NCBI GenBank assembly: GCA_000708835.1
Contig: DF237201.1
Coordinates: forward strand, 57,308-121,307
DNA from: Klebsormidium nitens
Lineage: Eukaryota > Plantae > Klebsormidiophyceae
Direction of reading: 5' to 3'
DNA length: 64,000 bases
Shown here: piece by piece, positions 62,610 through 64,000 of the stretch
How the letters are laid out: each line of letters starts with the position of its first letter
Numbering within the stretch: position 1 is the first letter of the stretch
Position numbers and translations under genes: made by a program
The notes under the pieces: model-generated
What the model was told of the DNA's origin: nothing
Database searches by the model: none
Seen by the model: only the letters and a program-made list of their open reading frames with translations

Positions 62610-63791
62610 GTACCTGGCCGGAAACCAGACGCGGAAATCTTCTGTTCTGATTCAGGTTTTCACATGTATATCAGGACCTGTGTTGCTTTGCAATCAGACA
62701 TCATCAGGCATGCTAGCACCCTCTTGACACCCTGTCAACCTTAAACTTGACGGAAGAGGATGCAATGAGATCAAAGTACGCAGTGGAATGTCGGAAAGTG
62801 CTCAGTTGATGACTTGCTTTCGTCTTTTGAGCTGTGTTTCGTAGGGCTCAAAGACTTGGATCTGTACTTTTCTCTGGAGCTAGCCTATGAAATCAGTCGA
62901 CGGATTCAATACGCGTCGCTTGCTTTTTCTTTCGTGCGGCTTTGTTTTGGGTTCGAGTACGACCAGCTGGTAGTGTTGTGTGGGTCCGGAAACTTCACCA
63001 CAGTTCGCGATCGATCACAATGTCGAGACGAAGCCTTGTTGAGAGATTTCCCAAGACTTTCTCCCACGGCAGCTCCCCATATTCGTATCCTTCTTGCGGA
63101 AAGTGCGCCGGAGAAGGAGCTAACGATGACCTTTCCCGCAACAACAGCGGCTCCCGGCTTCTTGTGGGATTGAGGGAAAATACTCAAAACAAAATTACCA
63201 CAAGACGTCGCAATAGAGTGTTGACCCTTCCACCTCAGGGTTATATTATGGCTTGTGGTGAGCAGCCTGCTCAAAGGATCCTAAATTGGGCTTGCAGGTG
63301 GAGCCATGAGGACTGGGGAGAAGCGGCGTAAAGAGAACGGGCCCGCTGTTCAAAATAGAAGACATTTGCAGCGCAGAACAGGACTGGGATATGCAGCTCG
63401 GAAACACAGATTACAGAGTGCTTCGCGGGATAGGACTGATATAACCTGACCGACCTAGATGAACTTACTGGCGACATGCTCTGAATTGACCGGACATGGA
63501 CAGACAGCATGGTGCTCTGAGGACTGCTAGACGACTACATACTGTAACCAAACAAGACCATCATTCGATTGAGCGGCAATATCCTTTGATCAGGTGCGTG
63601 ACAGGGTGGGAAGGACTATGTCAGACTCGACCGTTGCATGCAAACCGTTGAACTTGAAGAACTCTGATTTTTTGCTTATAATCGAACAAATCCTTGAGAA
63701 GCAACCTATCTTACTTCAGCGTGTACCTTAGAGCCTGAGATGGAAGCTCAGCCTGCGCCGCCGGCCCTGATAATGATAGTCACTTTGATCG

Positions 63792-63998
63792 TTGAAATCC
63801 AGCACTCTTAAGTTATCGTGCGGGGCGGCACGCGCGCATGTCTCAATGGACAGGGTCTTGGCCGCCGGCCCTTATCTGGCATTACTGATATATACTAACC
63901 AAGTGCCGCACCTGCAGTGCATGATCGTCCGCCATACTACAAAAATTTGAAATCCAGCACTGTTAATATGCGGGGCGGCACGCGCGCCGCGCATGTCC
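63792..63998. repeat. Imperfect direct repeat, 155-bp spacing, GC-box containing
   Basis: TTGAAATCCAGCACT...TGCGGGGCGGCACGCGCGC...ATGTC at 63792 and 63947; runs into the window edge. Confidence 0.75.
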
Positions 63999-64000
63999 AT

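Noticed and set aside
1-64000. The many 60-190 aa ORFs in the supplied track as independent genes
   Set aside because: They are fragments or antisense shadows of pseudogenes, or intronic ORFs, many with non-ATG starts. Only the spliced tetraspanin-like gene is supported as intact.

Overview
Eukaryotic nuclear DNA. Spliceosomal introns, GC3-rich exons and plant-type genes best fit a green alga such as a Klebsormidium-like streptophyte; this is inference, not a database result. Only one gene looks intact: a 6-exon tetraspanin-fold (TOM2A/TET18-20-like) membrane protein on the + strand at 59039-62609. A second host-type gene, a cationic amino-acid transporter (CAT/APC family, 32881-34966), is a frameshifted, 3'-truncated pseudogene. 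Almost everything else (about 3.3-31 kb and 35-58.4 kb) is a tandem graveyard of long, apparently intron-free minus-strand ORFs of a family I cannot name. Units are roughly 4-6.6 kb. Copies differ mainly by synonymous or conservative changes, yet every copy now carries stops and frameshifts, and an HHG motif recurs in both clusters. Embedded in this are a hAT-like DNA element with palindromic GGGGGAGA-N-TCTCCCCC motifs carrying a tRNA-like Pol III cassette, ~12-bp minisatellites grown inside the dead ORFs, a 238-bp identical (conversion-like) tract, several perfect palindromes and a degenerate hammerhead-like fold. Most entries in the ORF track are fragments or antisense shadows of these pseudogenes. 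Pseudogene unit boundaries are approximate and were aligned by eye.
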